From positions 96,001-160,000 of the forward strand of contig CAVSOU010000007.1 in assembly GCA_963729625.1 (NCBI GenBank): a stretch of DNA of 64,000 nt, in the 5' to 3' direction. The DNA is from an uncultured bacterium (lineage in GTDB: Bacteria > Chloroflexota > UBA5177 > JANWHV01). The notes beneath the pieces were generated by a model. It saw only the letters and a program-made list of their open reading frames with translations, was not told the DNA's origin and searched no databases. Positions 1 to 9,353 of this stretch are shown piece after piece. Position numbers and translations under genes: made by a program. Numbering within the stretch: position 1 is the stretch's first letter; every line of letters begins with the position of its first letter.

Positions 1-401
1 TCGATGTTGCAGCCCACGCTTGTCGCGTTCGCCTCGAACGCGCCGCGGTTTGCCGCCTCCATGACGCCCGGCCCGCCACCACTGATGATCGCGAAGCCCG
101 CTTCGCCAAGCAGATATGCAGTCTCACGCGCTGCCTCATAGTGCGGGCTACCTTCCGGCGTGCGCGCGGAGCCAAAGAACGTGACTGCGGGCCCTATGTG
201 CGCAAGAGTGTCGAACCCTTCGACAAACTCGCCGGTAATCCGGAGCACCCTCCACGGGTCCGTGTGCGTGAAATCAACCTCGTGCGCCAGGCCGGCAGGA
301 CTCGCGAGAAGCCGCTCGTCTTCGGTGACCAATCCGAGGTGCGCGGCTCTGTTCAGCGTAGGATTCGGTTTCATGCGATTGATAGGTCCGGACATCGTCA
401 T
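1..401 (-). CDS. LOG family protein (TIGR00730 Rossmann-fold nucleotide monophosphate nucleosidase-like); 5' part only, runs off window start
   Basis: Not in ORF track (truncated). Manual minus-strand translation gives DPWRVLRITGEFVEGFDTLAHIGPAVTFFGSART...SGGGPGVMEAANRGA...SVGCNI, typical LOG motifs. ATG at 401 or 395. Confidence 0.9.
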   Translation of the reverse strand, partial: MTMSGPINRMKPNPTLNRAAHLGLVTEDERLLASPAGLAHEVDFTHTDPWRVLRITGEFVEGFDTLAHIGPAVTFFGSARTPEGSPHYEAARETAYLLGEAGFAIISGGGPGVMEAANRGAFEANATSVGCNI

Positions 402-519
402 CTCGTTTCTCACCACGACTGCAAGAGCCGCTTCCGGCCGGCGCCTTACAGGCAGTCACGGCCATCTCTACGCTCCAAAGAATACGTGAAGTGATGGATT
501 CCCTGGTATCACACGTTTG

Positions 520-1494
520 TCAGCCAGAGAACGAAGCTTCATTGTAGTCGGGCTGGGAAGACGCCACGGCGACGGTCACGAACTGATCGCCTTTATGAAA
601 GCTGCCATGATGGCGCAAACCTGCGCCGGCAATTCGCAGCACCGTGCGGTCCGGCGTCCCTGCGGGAATGCGAAGCTTCTTCGGTCCTCGCAGCGTCGGG
701 ACCTCAACAGTACAGCCTGCCTCTGCGTCATGCGGGCTCAAAGGCAAGTTCATCAGAATGTCGATGCCACTGCGCATCAGCACGTCGTCGGGTCGCACAG
801 CTATGCGCAAAAGGAGGTCGCCGCGTGGCCCATTCCGCGGTCCCGAATCGCCTTCGCCCTTCAAGATGAGCTGTTGACCGTCGTCGACAGCAGGAGGGAT
901 CGTCACCGTAAGCGGCGTGTTGCCACGCTTCCTGCCATAGCCAAGGCAGTTGGGACAAGGAGGGTCACCCTTCACGCCGCTTCCCTGGCAGCTCGAGCAT
1001 TCACCTCCGCCGCTTCGCGTTCCGCCGGTGCCGTTACAGACGCCGCATCGAGCGCTGGTTCCTCCTTCGGCGACACCTCGACCCCGGCACGGGGCACATA
1101 CCTCGCGCCTGGGCACATGGACACGTACAGCAGTGCCAAACGCTGCCTCGCGCAAGGACAAAGTAATGGACAGCTCAACATCCGCGCCTCGAAGTACGCC
1201 GCGGCCGACGACAGCCGGTCTGCCCACAAGCGGGCTCCGCACGGGAACGCCGGGCGGGGGCCTGCGAGAAGCGTCGTATGCGCGACGTCGCTCGGGGTCG
1301 CTCAGCACGGCGTATGCCTGCGCCACGGTGACAAAACGCTGGACCGCGTCCTGCGAGGGATTGAAATCAGGATGGAGAATTCGCGCAAGAGAACGGAAAG
1401 CGCTTCGAACCTCTTCAGGGTCGGCGTTCGGTGCCACGCCGAGCACATCGTAGAGGTTGAGGCCGCCCAATGCCGCGTCCACGCTCATAGTCAT
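520..1494 (-). CDS. dnaJ: DnaJ-class chaperone (J domain, zinc finger, C-terminal domain); probable paralog
   Basis: LYDVLGV...LHPDFN J-domain with HPD; four CxxCxGxG repeats (CAPCRGRG, CGVCNGTG, CSSCQGSG, CPNCLGYG); C-terminal GDLLLRI and VEVPTLRG..LRIPAGT. Start moved to ATG 1494 (or 1488). Confidence 0.85.
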   Translation of the reverse strand: MTMSVDAALGGLNLYDVLGVAPNADPEEVRSAFRSLARILHPDFNPSQDAVQRFVTVAQAYAVLSDPERRRAYDASRRPPPGVPVRSPLVGRPAVVGRGVLRGADVELSITLSLREAAFGTAVRVHVPRREVCAPCRGRGVAEGGTSARCGVCNGTGGTRSGGGECSSCQGSGVKGDPPCPNCLGYGRKRGNTPLTVTIPPAVDDGQQLILKGEGDSGPRNGPRGDLLLRIAVRPDDVLMRSGIDILMNLPLSPHDAEAGCTVEVPTLRGPKKLRIPAGTPDRTVLRIAGAGLRHHGSFHKGDQFVTVAVASSQPDYNEASFSG

Positions 1495-1619
1495 CTTCCA
1501 GTGTACCGGCCGAGTGACGATTAGGGCACGGATCGCGTCTTGTCCCGGGAAACCGCCCCGGGTTCGAGAATCAACATTCGGCGAGACGTAGAACACGCGT
1601 CCTACTTACAGCTGCGGAC

Positions 1620-1648
1620 TTGCGTCCCGAGCAAAATGGCGCTATTCT
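1620..1648 (+). promoter_or_regulatory. Putative sigma-70 promoter for the CAP-SH3 gene
   Basis: TTGCGT-17 bp-TATTCT upstream of ATG 1734. Confidence 0.45.
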
Positions 1649-1733
1649 AGCTGCGGGTTGCGAGGCACGCGGAGTGGCTGACTCCGGGCGCGATGCTGAT
1701 TGGCGTGTTCATCGTAGAAGCTGCGGAGGCAAG

Positions 1734-2585
1734 ATGGCGGGAACTGCGGGATGGAAACGTTTCGTTCAGAGCGCACTTCTCGTAGCACCGTTCCTCGCTT
1801 TCACCAGCTCACCTGCGACAGCGTCCGCAGCCATGTCCGGCGCGCGCACGAGGAGCCTGTGTCCTACCACTCCATGGTCCGGGTCTCCATCGGTCCAGGC
1901 CGGACACCCATATCTTTCTTTGGCGTTTGATGCCTTGGCGCGCGATCGGCAGCGGTATGCCGGCCTGGGAGCAATGCGACGGAGCCTCACGCTGAGTGCC
2001 GTCGCGGAAGCCCATTCGGCCTATATGGCGTCGATCGGGGGTTGGTCCGACGGCGACCCCAATGGGTACATCCTGACGAGGGTCCAGGCCGCGGGCATCA
2101 ATGCAACGTACGCCGGCCAGAACGTCGTGACCGTAAACGGCGACACCGTTGCGCATGCCGTGCAGAACGGCGAAGCTTTCTTCGCCCGCGAGGCCGGCAC
2201 GACCGGACCGCACTGGGACAACATGACTAATCCTGATCACCGATACGTCGGCATGGGAATCGCCCTCCTTGGCGAGTCTGGCGACTATACCATCTATCTA
2301 ACTCAGGTCTTCGCGGATGCAGGCGGCTGCGCCCCTGCCTCCGGCTCCGATACGATTGTCCAGGCGGGCTCGGTGAGCGGGCCTCCTCGCATCGGCAGCG
2401 TGGTGCGCACGGGCACGGACTACCTGAGCCTTCGATCTGAGCCGGCAGGTAAGCTCATCCAGACGTTGCGTGCTGACCAAACGCTGAAGGTCGTCGCCGT
2501 CCGGGACGAGTGGGCGCAGGTCGAGGTTCTCGCTATCCATATCTACGGCTGGGTGTATATTCCGCTGCTGGGACCACCGGCGTAG
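1734..2585 (+). CDS. Secreted CAP (SCP) domain protein with C-terminal SH3b-like domain
   Basis: GGAGG RBS then ATG; signal-peptide-like N-terminus; CAP motifs AEAHSAYMA, AGQNV, PHWDNM..VGMGIA, YLTQVF; C-terminal LSLRSEP...EWAQV...GWVY SH3b pattern. Confidence 0.75.
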   Translation: MAGTAGWKRFVQSALLVAPFLAFTSSPATASAAMSGARTRSLCPTTPWSGSPSVQAGHPYLSLAFDALARDRQRYAGLGAMRRSLTLSAVAEAHSAYMASIGGWSDGDPNGYILTRVQAAGINATYAGQNVVTVNGDTVAHAVQNGEAFFAREAGTTGPHWDNMTNPDHRYVGMGIALLGESGDYTIYLTQVFADAGGCAPASGSDTIVQAGSVSGPPRIGSVVRTGTDYLSLRSEPAGKLIQTLRADQTLKVVAVRDEWAQVEVLAIHIYGWVYIPLLGPPA

Positions 2586-2759
2586 CCTGAAGTTGAGCGT
2601 GCGCTGCCGACTAGCGCTCGCAGATCTGCAGTGAGACTGCCGGCCTCCGACACGTGCGCGCATCCGACAGCGCCTGCGCTCCACGACCGACCCGCCGAAC
2701 CCCATCATGCGAGGGTGCGTCGTTGGACTGCGCCGCCGTGGACGACCGTTGCCAGACCG

Positions 2760-4100
2760 CTAGGAGTCCAGTATACGCAACGTCAGACCCGTCGCAGGCT
2801 TGGGATAGAAGTACGTCGACTTCTGCGGCATCACCGCGCCCGCCCGTGCAACGTTAAGCAGTTGGCTGACCGGCGTGGCCGCGAGCAGCACGGCGACCTG
2901 TTCCTCGCCGTGAGCAACTGCAAGGCCTGCCCTGCGAATGTCGCGCGTGTAGGTCAGGAACGTCTGCCGCTCCAACTGAATGGACGTAATTCCCAGGCAC
3001 TTCTCCAGGATCAATGATTGGACCAGCCAAGCGTCGAGAGCCGCCAGTTCAGGCGCCGGCGGAGTTCCTGCCAACGCGAGGTCGCGTGGTGTAATAACCA
3101 GAATGCGCCCAGCCTCGACACCCACCAGCGCGAAACGGTTTGCAGGCTCGCCCACACTCGGCGGGGCCAGCAGCGGCTCGACAACCGCCGCCAAGTCGTC
3201 CAGGGCGGGCGGAGCATCAATCCTTGTGATGGTGAAGTAGCGTTCCAGTATCGACGGAAGTTGCTCCAGCTGACTGGGTGTCAACCCATGGATGAGGCGA
3301 TGCGTTGGAAGAATCACCAGCCCAGGGTCATCGACAGCCGTCAACACCATCATCACGAAATCACGCGGCCCGACGTCGCGCGGCCCGGTGCCTAGCAACG
3401 CCTCGTCTCGATAGGCCAGCGCCGTCTCATACCGGTGATGGCCGTCCGCAATGAACAATGGATGTTCCACGAGCGCGCGGCGGATCGCATCGACCGCCGA
3501 ACGCGCGCTTATCGGGGCTACGGCGTGAGTTACGCCCTCGTCATCTTCTGCCAGATCTTCGGTGAGCAGCTCGGCCGAAATTGCCGCTTGCACGGCATGA
3601 TCCACGTGGCGGCCATAGTCTTCGTACAACGCCCAAATAGGGCTGACATTGGCGTTCAGGGCGCGAAGCAGCGCAAGTCGCTCGGCACGTGGCGCGGCGA
3701 GCGTCCGCTCGTGCGGGAGAATGCTGCCGCTGCTCCATGAGGACAGGCGAACATTCGCAAGCAAACTCTTGCGCTCGTAGCTCTGCCCCCCGTAACGGAA
3801 TGACTGGCGGTAGAGGTAAAATGCTGGCTCTGAATCCTTCTGCAGAATGGCCTCATCCTTCCACTGCTGCAAGATGGTGTGAGCTCGTGCATGGCGAACC
3901 GACTCACCGGCGCGACCTTCAGGGTCGCCTGGCTCGGAGGCCGTCAATTCCAGTCGCACGACATTGAACGGGCTTCGCTCATAAAGCGATCGTTGTTGTT
4001 CAGGCGAAATCACGTCGTACGGCGGCGCAATCAGCGTCGCAATGGGCCCCGCACGCTCGGTATCGTAGCGCCAAGCCCGAAATGGTCGGATTTCCGGCAT
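2760..4100 (-). CDS. DUF1015 family protein
   Basis: MPEIRPFRAWRY start; APPYDVIS, ILPHERTL, IADGHHRYETA, LVILPTHR, MPQKSTYFYPKP motifs. Confidence 0.92.
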   Translation of the reverse strand: MPEIRPFRAWRYDTERAGPIATLIAPPYDVISPEQQRSLYERSPFNVVRLELTASEPGDPEGRAGESVRHARAHTILQQWKDEAILQKDSEPAFYLYRQSFRYGGQSYERKSLLANVRLSSWSSGSILPHERTLAAPRAERLALLRALNANVSPIWALYEDYGRHVDHAVQAAISAELLTEDLAEDDEGVTHAVAPISARSAVDAIRRALVEHPLFIADGHHRYETALAYRDEALLGTGPRDVGPRDFVMMVLTAVDDPGLVILPTHRLIHGLTPSQLEQLPSILERYFTITRIDAPPALDDLAAVVEPLLAPPSVGEPANRFALVGVEAGRILVITPRDLALAGTPPAPELAALDAWLVQSLILEKCLGITSIQLERQTFLTYTRDIRRAGLAVAHGEEQVAVLLAATPVSQLLNVARAGAVMPQKSTYFYPKPATGLTLRILDS

Positions 4101-4203
4101 AGTCCCCCCGCGGCCCGAACATCGCATAGATTACATTCAGCCAGTACGGCATTACTGTACCAGTGCGGAGGACGATCTGGCGAGGGAAGCCCCTCGAGCA
4201 TCG

Positions 4204-4587
4204 CTATGAGGCGAGCAGGTCGCTTACAACCTTCACGAAGCTCTGAATATGGAACGGCTTCACGACCAGTGCAGTCAGCGGATCGCCGCTTAAGTCCCGG
4301 CGCGCGCCCAGCTCGAATACCGCGGCCGTACACACGACAATCGGCGTGCTCGTGGAGCCCGGCTCAGATCGCACCGCATCGAGTACCTGCAATCCGTCGC
4401 CGTCCGAAAGCATGACGTCAAGAACGATCAGGCGAAGCGGCTGTGATCGCACTACCCGCAGCGCGCTCTCCACTGAATCCGCAACAATCGTGTTGAACCC
4501 GATGTCGCGCAGTACATCGCCGAGGAGGTCGACGCACCCCTGGTCGTCCTCGACGATCAGGATGTCCAATGGAACCCCATCGCTCAT
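4204..4587 (-). CDS. Single-domain response regulator (receiver only)
   Basis: GGAGG RBS before ATG 4587; ILIVEDD, LIVLDVML (phospho-Asp), VVCTA, VKPF. Confidence 0.85.
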   Translation of the reverse strand: MSDGVPLDILIVEDDQGCVDLLGDVLRDIGFNTIVADSVESALRVVRSQPLRLIVLDVMLSDGDGLQVLDAVRSEPGSTSTPIVVCTAAVFELGARRDLSGDPLTALVVKPFHIQSFVKVVSDLLAS

Positions 4588-4804
4588 GAATCCTCCTGGG
4601 CCTTGTGCATGGCCCTTAGCTAACCTCATCCTAGTGCATGTCGCCGCGGCGCGCATTCCCGGAAGGCGTAAGGCCCGATAGAGTGACTTCCTCGGTGCAT
4701 GCCTTCCTATCGACAGCGCATAGGACGGGCGAAGCACCGGAACACCTAATCATCGCGACGGCTACGATCAAGATTGAAATTGAGCGTAAAGGGGCCATGC
4801 GAAG

Positions 4805-7435
4805 ATGACGGCGGAATACGAACGGCTCAACTCAGGTGGTGATGGCTGGAAGCGCTGGGGACCGTACCTGAGCGAGCGCGCATGGGGCACGGTTCGAGAA
4901 GATTATAGCGCCGACGGTGAAGCGTGGACCTATTTGCCTCACGATGCCGCAAGATCTCGCACGTACCGGTGGAATGAAGACGGTCTTGCCGGGGTCTGTG
5001 ATGACTGTCAGCGTCTATGCCTTGCCATCGCCCTCTGGAACACGCGCGATCCCATCCTCAAGGAGCGCCTGTTCGGACTTGCCGGCCCGGAGGGAAACCA
5101 TGGTGAGGATGTTAAGGAAGTCTATTACTACCTCGACAGCACGCCGACCCACAGTTACATGCGCATGTTGTACCGATACCCGCAGAGCGCATTCCCCTAC
5201 GCAATGCTTGTCGATGAGAATCGCCGCCGGACCCGAGACGATCCCGAGTTCGAGCTGATCGATACCGGCGTATTCGAGGACAACCGCTATTTCGATGTGC
5301 TAGTCGAGTACGCCAAGGCGGCACCGGAAGACGTGCTCCTCCGCATCACAATCGTCAACCAGGGCGCCGAAACAGCGCCGATTGTCGTACTGCCCACGCT
5401 CTGGTTCCGGAATACGTGGTCGTGGCGGGACACGCAGCGACCAGCGTTGCGCGCGGCCGACGAGCGAGGTACCCCGATCATCTGCGTCGATCACCCGGAC
5501 CTCGGCCCGCTGGTCCTCTGGACGGAGGGTAGTGGTGAGCTCATCTTCACAGAGAACGATACTAACCATGCTCGCCTCGACGGCACGCCCAACACCGCGC
5601 CGTTCGTCAAGGACGCGTTTCATGCGTATGTCGTCGACGGGCGGGAGGACGCAGCCAACCCGTCGCGAATCGGAACAAAGGCCGCAGCCGTCTACAAGGA
5701 CACCATCGCACCTGGTGCGTCGATGACCCTGCGGTTGAGACTCTCCCGACGCGACATCGAGCCGTTCTCCGGCTTCGACGATCTCATGGCTCTTCGAAAG
5801 CGGGAAGCCGACGAGTTTTACGCGGACCTGTTGCGCGACGTCCAGGATGCCGAGCTCCGAGGGATCGCCCGCCAAGCATATGGCGGCATGCTGTGGAGCA
5901 AGCAATACTACCACTACGATGTCAAGGTCTGGCTCGACGGCGATCCCGCGCAGCCTTCGCCACCGCCCGAGCGAGCGAACGGAAGGAACCACAAGTGGCT
6001 TCACCTGGCGAATGCCAATGTCTTATCGATGCCCGATACCTGGGAGTACCCATGGTATGCCGCTTGGGACCTCGCCTTCAATTGCGTCGCGCTGGCGCGA
6101 ATCGATCCGGACTTTGCCAAGGCGCAGGTAGAGCTACTTACGCGCGAGTGGTTTCAGCATCCGAATGGTCAGCTACCTGCGTATGAGTGGTCATTCGACG
6201 ACGTAAATCCGCCAGTCCTCGCCTGGGCAGCACTCCGCGTCTATGATATCGAGCGGCAGCTTCGCGGTAGCGCGGACCACGCATTCCTCAAGCGCGTGTT
6301 CCACAAACTGCTGTTGGATTTCACGTGGTGGGTCAACCGTGAAGATTCCGAAGGCAACAACATCTTCCAGGGCGGCTTCCTCGGACTTGACAATATCGGC
6401 GTCTTTGACCGAAGCAAGCCGCTGCCGACCGGCGGTTTCATTGAGCAGAGCGACGGAACGAGCTGGATGGGGATGTACTGCTTGAACATGCTGTCGATTT
6501 GTCTCGCGCTTGCTCGCGAAGATTCCACGTACGAGGATATCGCCGGCAAGTTCTTCGATCACTTCCTGTTCATTGCTGGCGCGATGCACAACATCGGTGG
6601 ACGGGGCATTCAATTATGGGACGAAGACGATGGGTTCTACTACGACATGCTGCATCTTCCAGACGGCAGCCATATCCCCCTGAAAGTGAGGTCGTGTGTT
6701 GGCCTTATTCCCCTCTTTGCCGTCGTACTGATCGATCCTCCTACGCTTGCCGCCCTGCCCCGATTCGCCGAGCGTATCCAGTGGTTTCTTTCGCTCCGGC
6801 CTGAGCTCGCGGCATTGATATCCCGATGGCAAGTGCCGGGAGAAGGCGACCTACGCCAATTGGCGCTCGTGCGCGGGCATCGCCTGAAATGTCTGCTCAA
6901 GTATGCGCTGGACCCGGAAGAGTTTCTGAGCGACCACGGCGTGCGAAGCTTGAGCAGATTCCATCTGCAACACCCATTCAGCGTGCCTGTCGAAGGATCG
7001 ACGTACACAGTCGCCTACGAGCCGGCGGAGTCGCGCAGCGGGACGTTTGGCGGCAACTCGAACTGGCGCGGCCCCGTGTGGTTTCCCATCAATTACTTGC
7101 TCATCGACGCGTTGCGTCGATTTCATGGCTACTATGGCGACGAGTTTCTCGTGGAATGCCCGACCGGCTCTGGTAAGAACATGACGCTGCTACAGGTCGC
7201 CGACTTCCTCGCGGACCGAGTGATCGCGCTCTTTCGACGAGATAGTACGGGAAACCGTCCTTTCAACGGGAGCAGACTCCTCCTGCAGCAAGACGAGCGC
7301 TGGCGCGATCTCCTGCTTTTTCACGAGTACTTTCATGCTGAGACCGGTCAGGGCCTGGGCGCCAGCCACCAGACGGGCTGGACCGGCCTGGTTGCCAACA
7401 TCATTCTGTCTATGGCCTCGGGCTCATGGCTCTAA
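4805..7435 (+). CDS. MGH1/GH63-like glycoside hydrolase (glucosidase)
   Basis: 876 aa; WKRWGPYLSERAWGTVREDYS, EGNHGEDVKE, SMPDTWEYPWYAAWDLAF, GGFLGLDNIG, GGNSNWRGPVW, GLGASHQTGWT. Confidence 0.9.
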   Translation: MTAEYERLNSGGDGWKRWGPYLSERAWGTVREDYSADGEAWTYLPHDAARSRTYRWNEDGLAGVCDDCQRLCLAIALWNTRDPILKERLFGLAGPEGNHGEDVKEVYYYLDSTPTHSYMRMLYRYPQSAFPYAMLVDENRRRTRDDPEFELIDTGVFEDNRYFDVLVEYAKAAPEDVLLRITIVNQGAETAPIVVLPTLWFRNTWSWRDTQRPALRAADERGTPIICVDHPDLGPLVLWTEGSGELIFTENDTNHARLDGTPNTAPFVKDAFHAYVVDGREDAANPSRIGTKAAAVYKDTIAPGASMTLRLRLSRRDIEPFSGFDDLMALRKREADEFYADLLRDVQDAELRGIARQAYGGMLWSKQYYHYDVKVWLDGDPAQPSPPPERANGRNHKWLHLANANVLSMPDTWEYPWYAAWDLAFNCVALARIDPDFAKAQVELLTREWFQHPNGQLPAYEWSFDDVNPPVLAWAALRVYDIERQLRGSADHAFLKRVFHKLLLDFTWWVNREDSEGNNIFQGGFLGLDNIGVFDRSKPLPTGGFIEQSDGTSWMGMYCLNMLSICLALAREDSTYEDIAGKFFDHFLFIAGAMHNIGGRGIQLWDEDDGFYYDMLHLPDGSHIPLKVRSCVGLIPLFAVVLIDPPTLAALPRFAERIQWFLSLRPELAALISRWQVPGEGDLRQLALVRGHRLKCLLKYALDPEEFLSDHGVRSLSRFHLQHPFSVPVEGSTYTVAYEPAESRSGTFGGNSNWRGPVWFPINYLLIDALRRFHGYYGDEFLVECPTGSGKNMTLLQVADFLADRVIALFRRDSTGNRPFNGSRLLLQQDERWRDLLLFHEYFHAETGQGLGASHQTGWTGLVANIILSMASGSWL

Positions 7436-7659
7436 ATGCATCCCGATGCTGCCTGTGGGGCTAGTGGGGACCGACGTGCGCTTGCTGTCGGGGCTGTGTC
7501 AAGCCTCTTGTGGCCACTTCGTACCAGGACGCGAGCATGGCGGACTGGATCGCGATCCAGCACCTTGCCTGTCGCAAGCCAGTCCGGGCCGTCAACTGCG
7601 TGCAGGCTGTCCGTCGATGGCCGGGTTTGCGTGCTCGCCTGCGATGCGCGATACATTGA

Positions 7660-8970
7660 ATGAGCACCCACGGCCGAAGGGGTAGCGCTCCGCGCCGCGC
7701 AGAACACGCCGGCCGCGCGCCACAGGAGAGATCGGAATCGCCCTTGCTGACGCAGCATCTCTTGCTTGAGCTTGCCGTCATTCTGGTCGTGGTGCAGGTC
7801 TGCGGCTATTTGTGCGGACTGATCGGGCAGCCATGGGTGATCGGCGAGGTGATCGCGGGCATTGTTCTCGGCCCGAGCGTGTTCGGAGCCCTGTGTTCCA
7901 GCCTCAGCGCACAGGTGTTTCCTCGTGATGTTTTGCCAACGTTGCAATCGCTAGGCGACCTGGGTCTGGTGCTCTACATGTTCACGGTCGGCGTGAGTTT
8001 GGATAGAGATCATCTCCTTCGTCAGAGCCGGCGAGCAGCCGTGCTATCCGCGTGCAGTATCGGGATGCCGATGGCCGTTGGCGCGACGCTAGCCTTCGTG
8101 CTCTACGCGCGGGCTGGTTACGCAGGCCCACATGCCACCAACCGGGGAACCTTCATGCTGCTGGTGGGTACGGCAATGGCGATAACCGCCTTCCCGGTCC
8201 TGACGCGCATCCTGGTCGATAGAGGGATGACGGGCTCCAGGATCGGCATGCTGGCGCTGACATGCGCCGCTGCCGGAGACGTTCTGGCCTGGTGTCTGCT
8301 GGCGTTGGTCGTCGCACTGGCGAACTCCGTGGGCGTCCCCACGGCAGGCATGCAAGTCCTGGAAACGCTCGTCTTCCTTGGAGTACTGGTTGTCGCCGTT
8401 CGCCCCTTGGGGGCATGGGCAGTACAGCAATTGTCCTCCCCGCGTCTGCAGCTGGTGCTGATCGTCACCTTGCTCTGGCTGGCGGCGGAGACCACCTCGG
8501 TTATCGGGATACACCCGGTCTTCGGCGCCTTCCTGATGGGCGTGGTGACGCCACGGTCGACGGCGATAACCGAATTCGCCCGGAACATCGACTCCGTCAA
8601 CTCGGTCATCTTCCTGCCCTTGTTCTTCATCTTCAGTGGGTTGCAGACAAGTATCGGGCTGATCGATTCACCGGAGTTGTGGATAGTCTGCTTGACGGTA
8701 CTCTGTGCAGCGGTGGCGGGCAAATTGCTGTGCTGTGCTCTGGCTATGCGCGCAACCGGCGCGAATTGGCGAGACTCTATGACGCTTGGCGTGCTGATGA
8801 ACACACGCGGCCTGGTCGAGCTGATCGTGCTGAACATCGGCTTGGCCGACGGCATTATCTCGCCGCGTTTCTTCAGCATGTTGGTGATCATGGCTCTGGG
8901 CACGACCATGATGACGTCGCCACTCTTGGATCTCCTTGGACACAGGGCCGTGAGCGAGCGGGCAGCGTGA
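7660..8970 (+). CDS. Cation:proton antiporter (CPA2 / Kef-type Na+/H+ exchanger)
   Basis: About 12 hydrophobic segments; GQPWVIGEVIAGIVLGPS, AITAFPVLTRIL, FGAFLMG, LMNTRGLVELIVLNIG. True start may be downstream (~7744). Confidence 0.88.
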   Translation: MSTHGRRGSAPRRAEHAGRAPQERSESPLLTQHLLLELAVILVVVQVCGYLCGLIGQPWVIGEVIAGIVLGPSVFGALCSSLSAQVFPRDVLPTLQSLGDLGLVLYMFTVGVSLDRDHLLRQSRRAAVLSACSIGMPMAVGATLAFVLYARAGYAGPHATNRGTFMLLVGTAMAITAFPVLTRILVDRGMTGSRIGMLALTCAAAGDVLAWCLLALVVALANSVGVPTAGMQVLETLVFLGVLVVAVRPLGAWAVQQLSSPRLQLVLIVTLLWLAAETTSVIGIHPVFGAFLMGVVTPRSTAITEFARNIDSVNSVIFLPLFFIFSGLQTSIGLIDSPELWIVCLTVLCAAVAGKLLCCALAMRATGANWRDSMTLGVLMNTRGLVELIVLNIGLADGIISPRFFSMLVIMALGTTMMTSPLLDLLGHRAVSERAA

Positions 8971-9207
8971 TGGTCACCCGCACCCGCGAAGGGATCGCCG
9001 GCGATGGCTCGAGCGCTGCAAGCTCGATACCTCGCGGTAGTCACTTCCTTTCTGCGCTCGCGGGCGTTGGTCGGGCCGTGGCGAAGCGACCAGTCGCTCG
9101 CGACAAGCCAACTCGGGACACCGCCTCTGGGATCGCCCGAATTCGTGCGACCTCGATGCTTGCCCGCGACACGTGCCAACGCAGAGCAGGCTGCATGGGA
9201 CGCGTGG

Positions 9208-9300
9208 TCGGAGCGTCAACGATTTACTACGGCGGGCGTTACACCAAACGGCCAAGAATGGTTCTGTAACCTCGTCCGTAGTGAACTCTGTTGCCGCCGA
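9208..9300. repeat. Long imperfect inverted repeat containing two outward-facing TGTAAC boxes
   Basis: caacgatttactacggcgggcgttaca (9217-9243) pairs with tgtaacctcgtccgtagtgaactctgttg (9265-9293); flanks extend the pairing to about 9208-9300. Confidence 0.7.
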
Positions 9301-9353
9301 TGTGACTTCGCCGGCAGGAAGGTAACAGTTAGCAATTGAGGAGGTTCGCCTGC

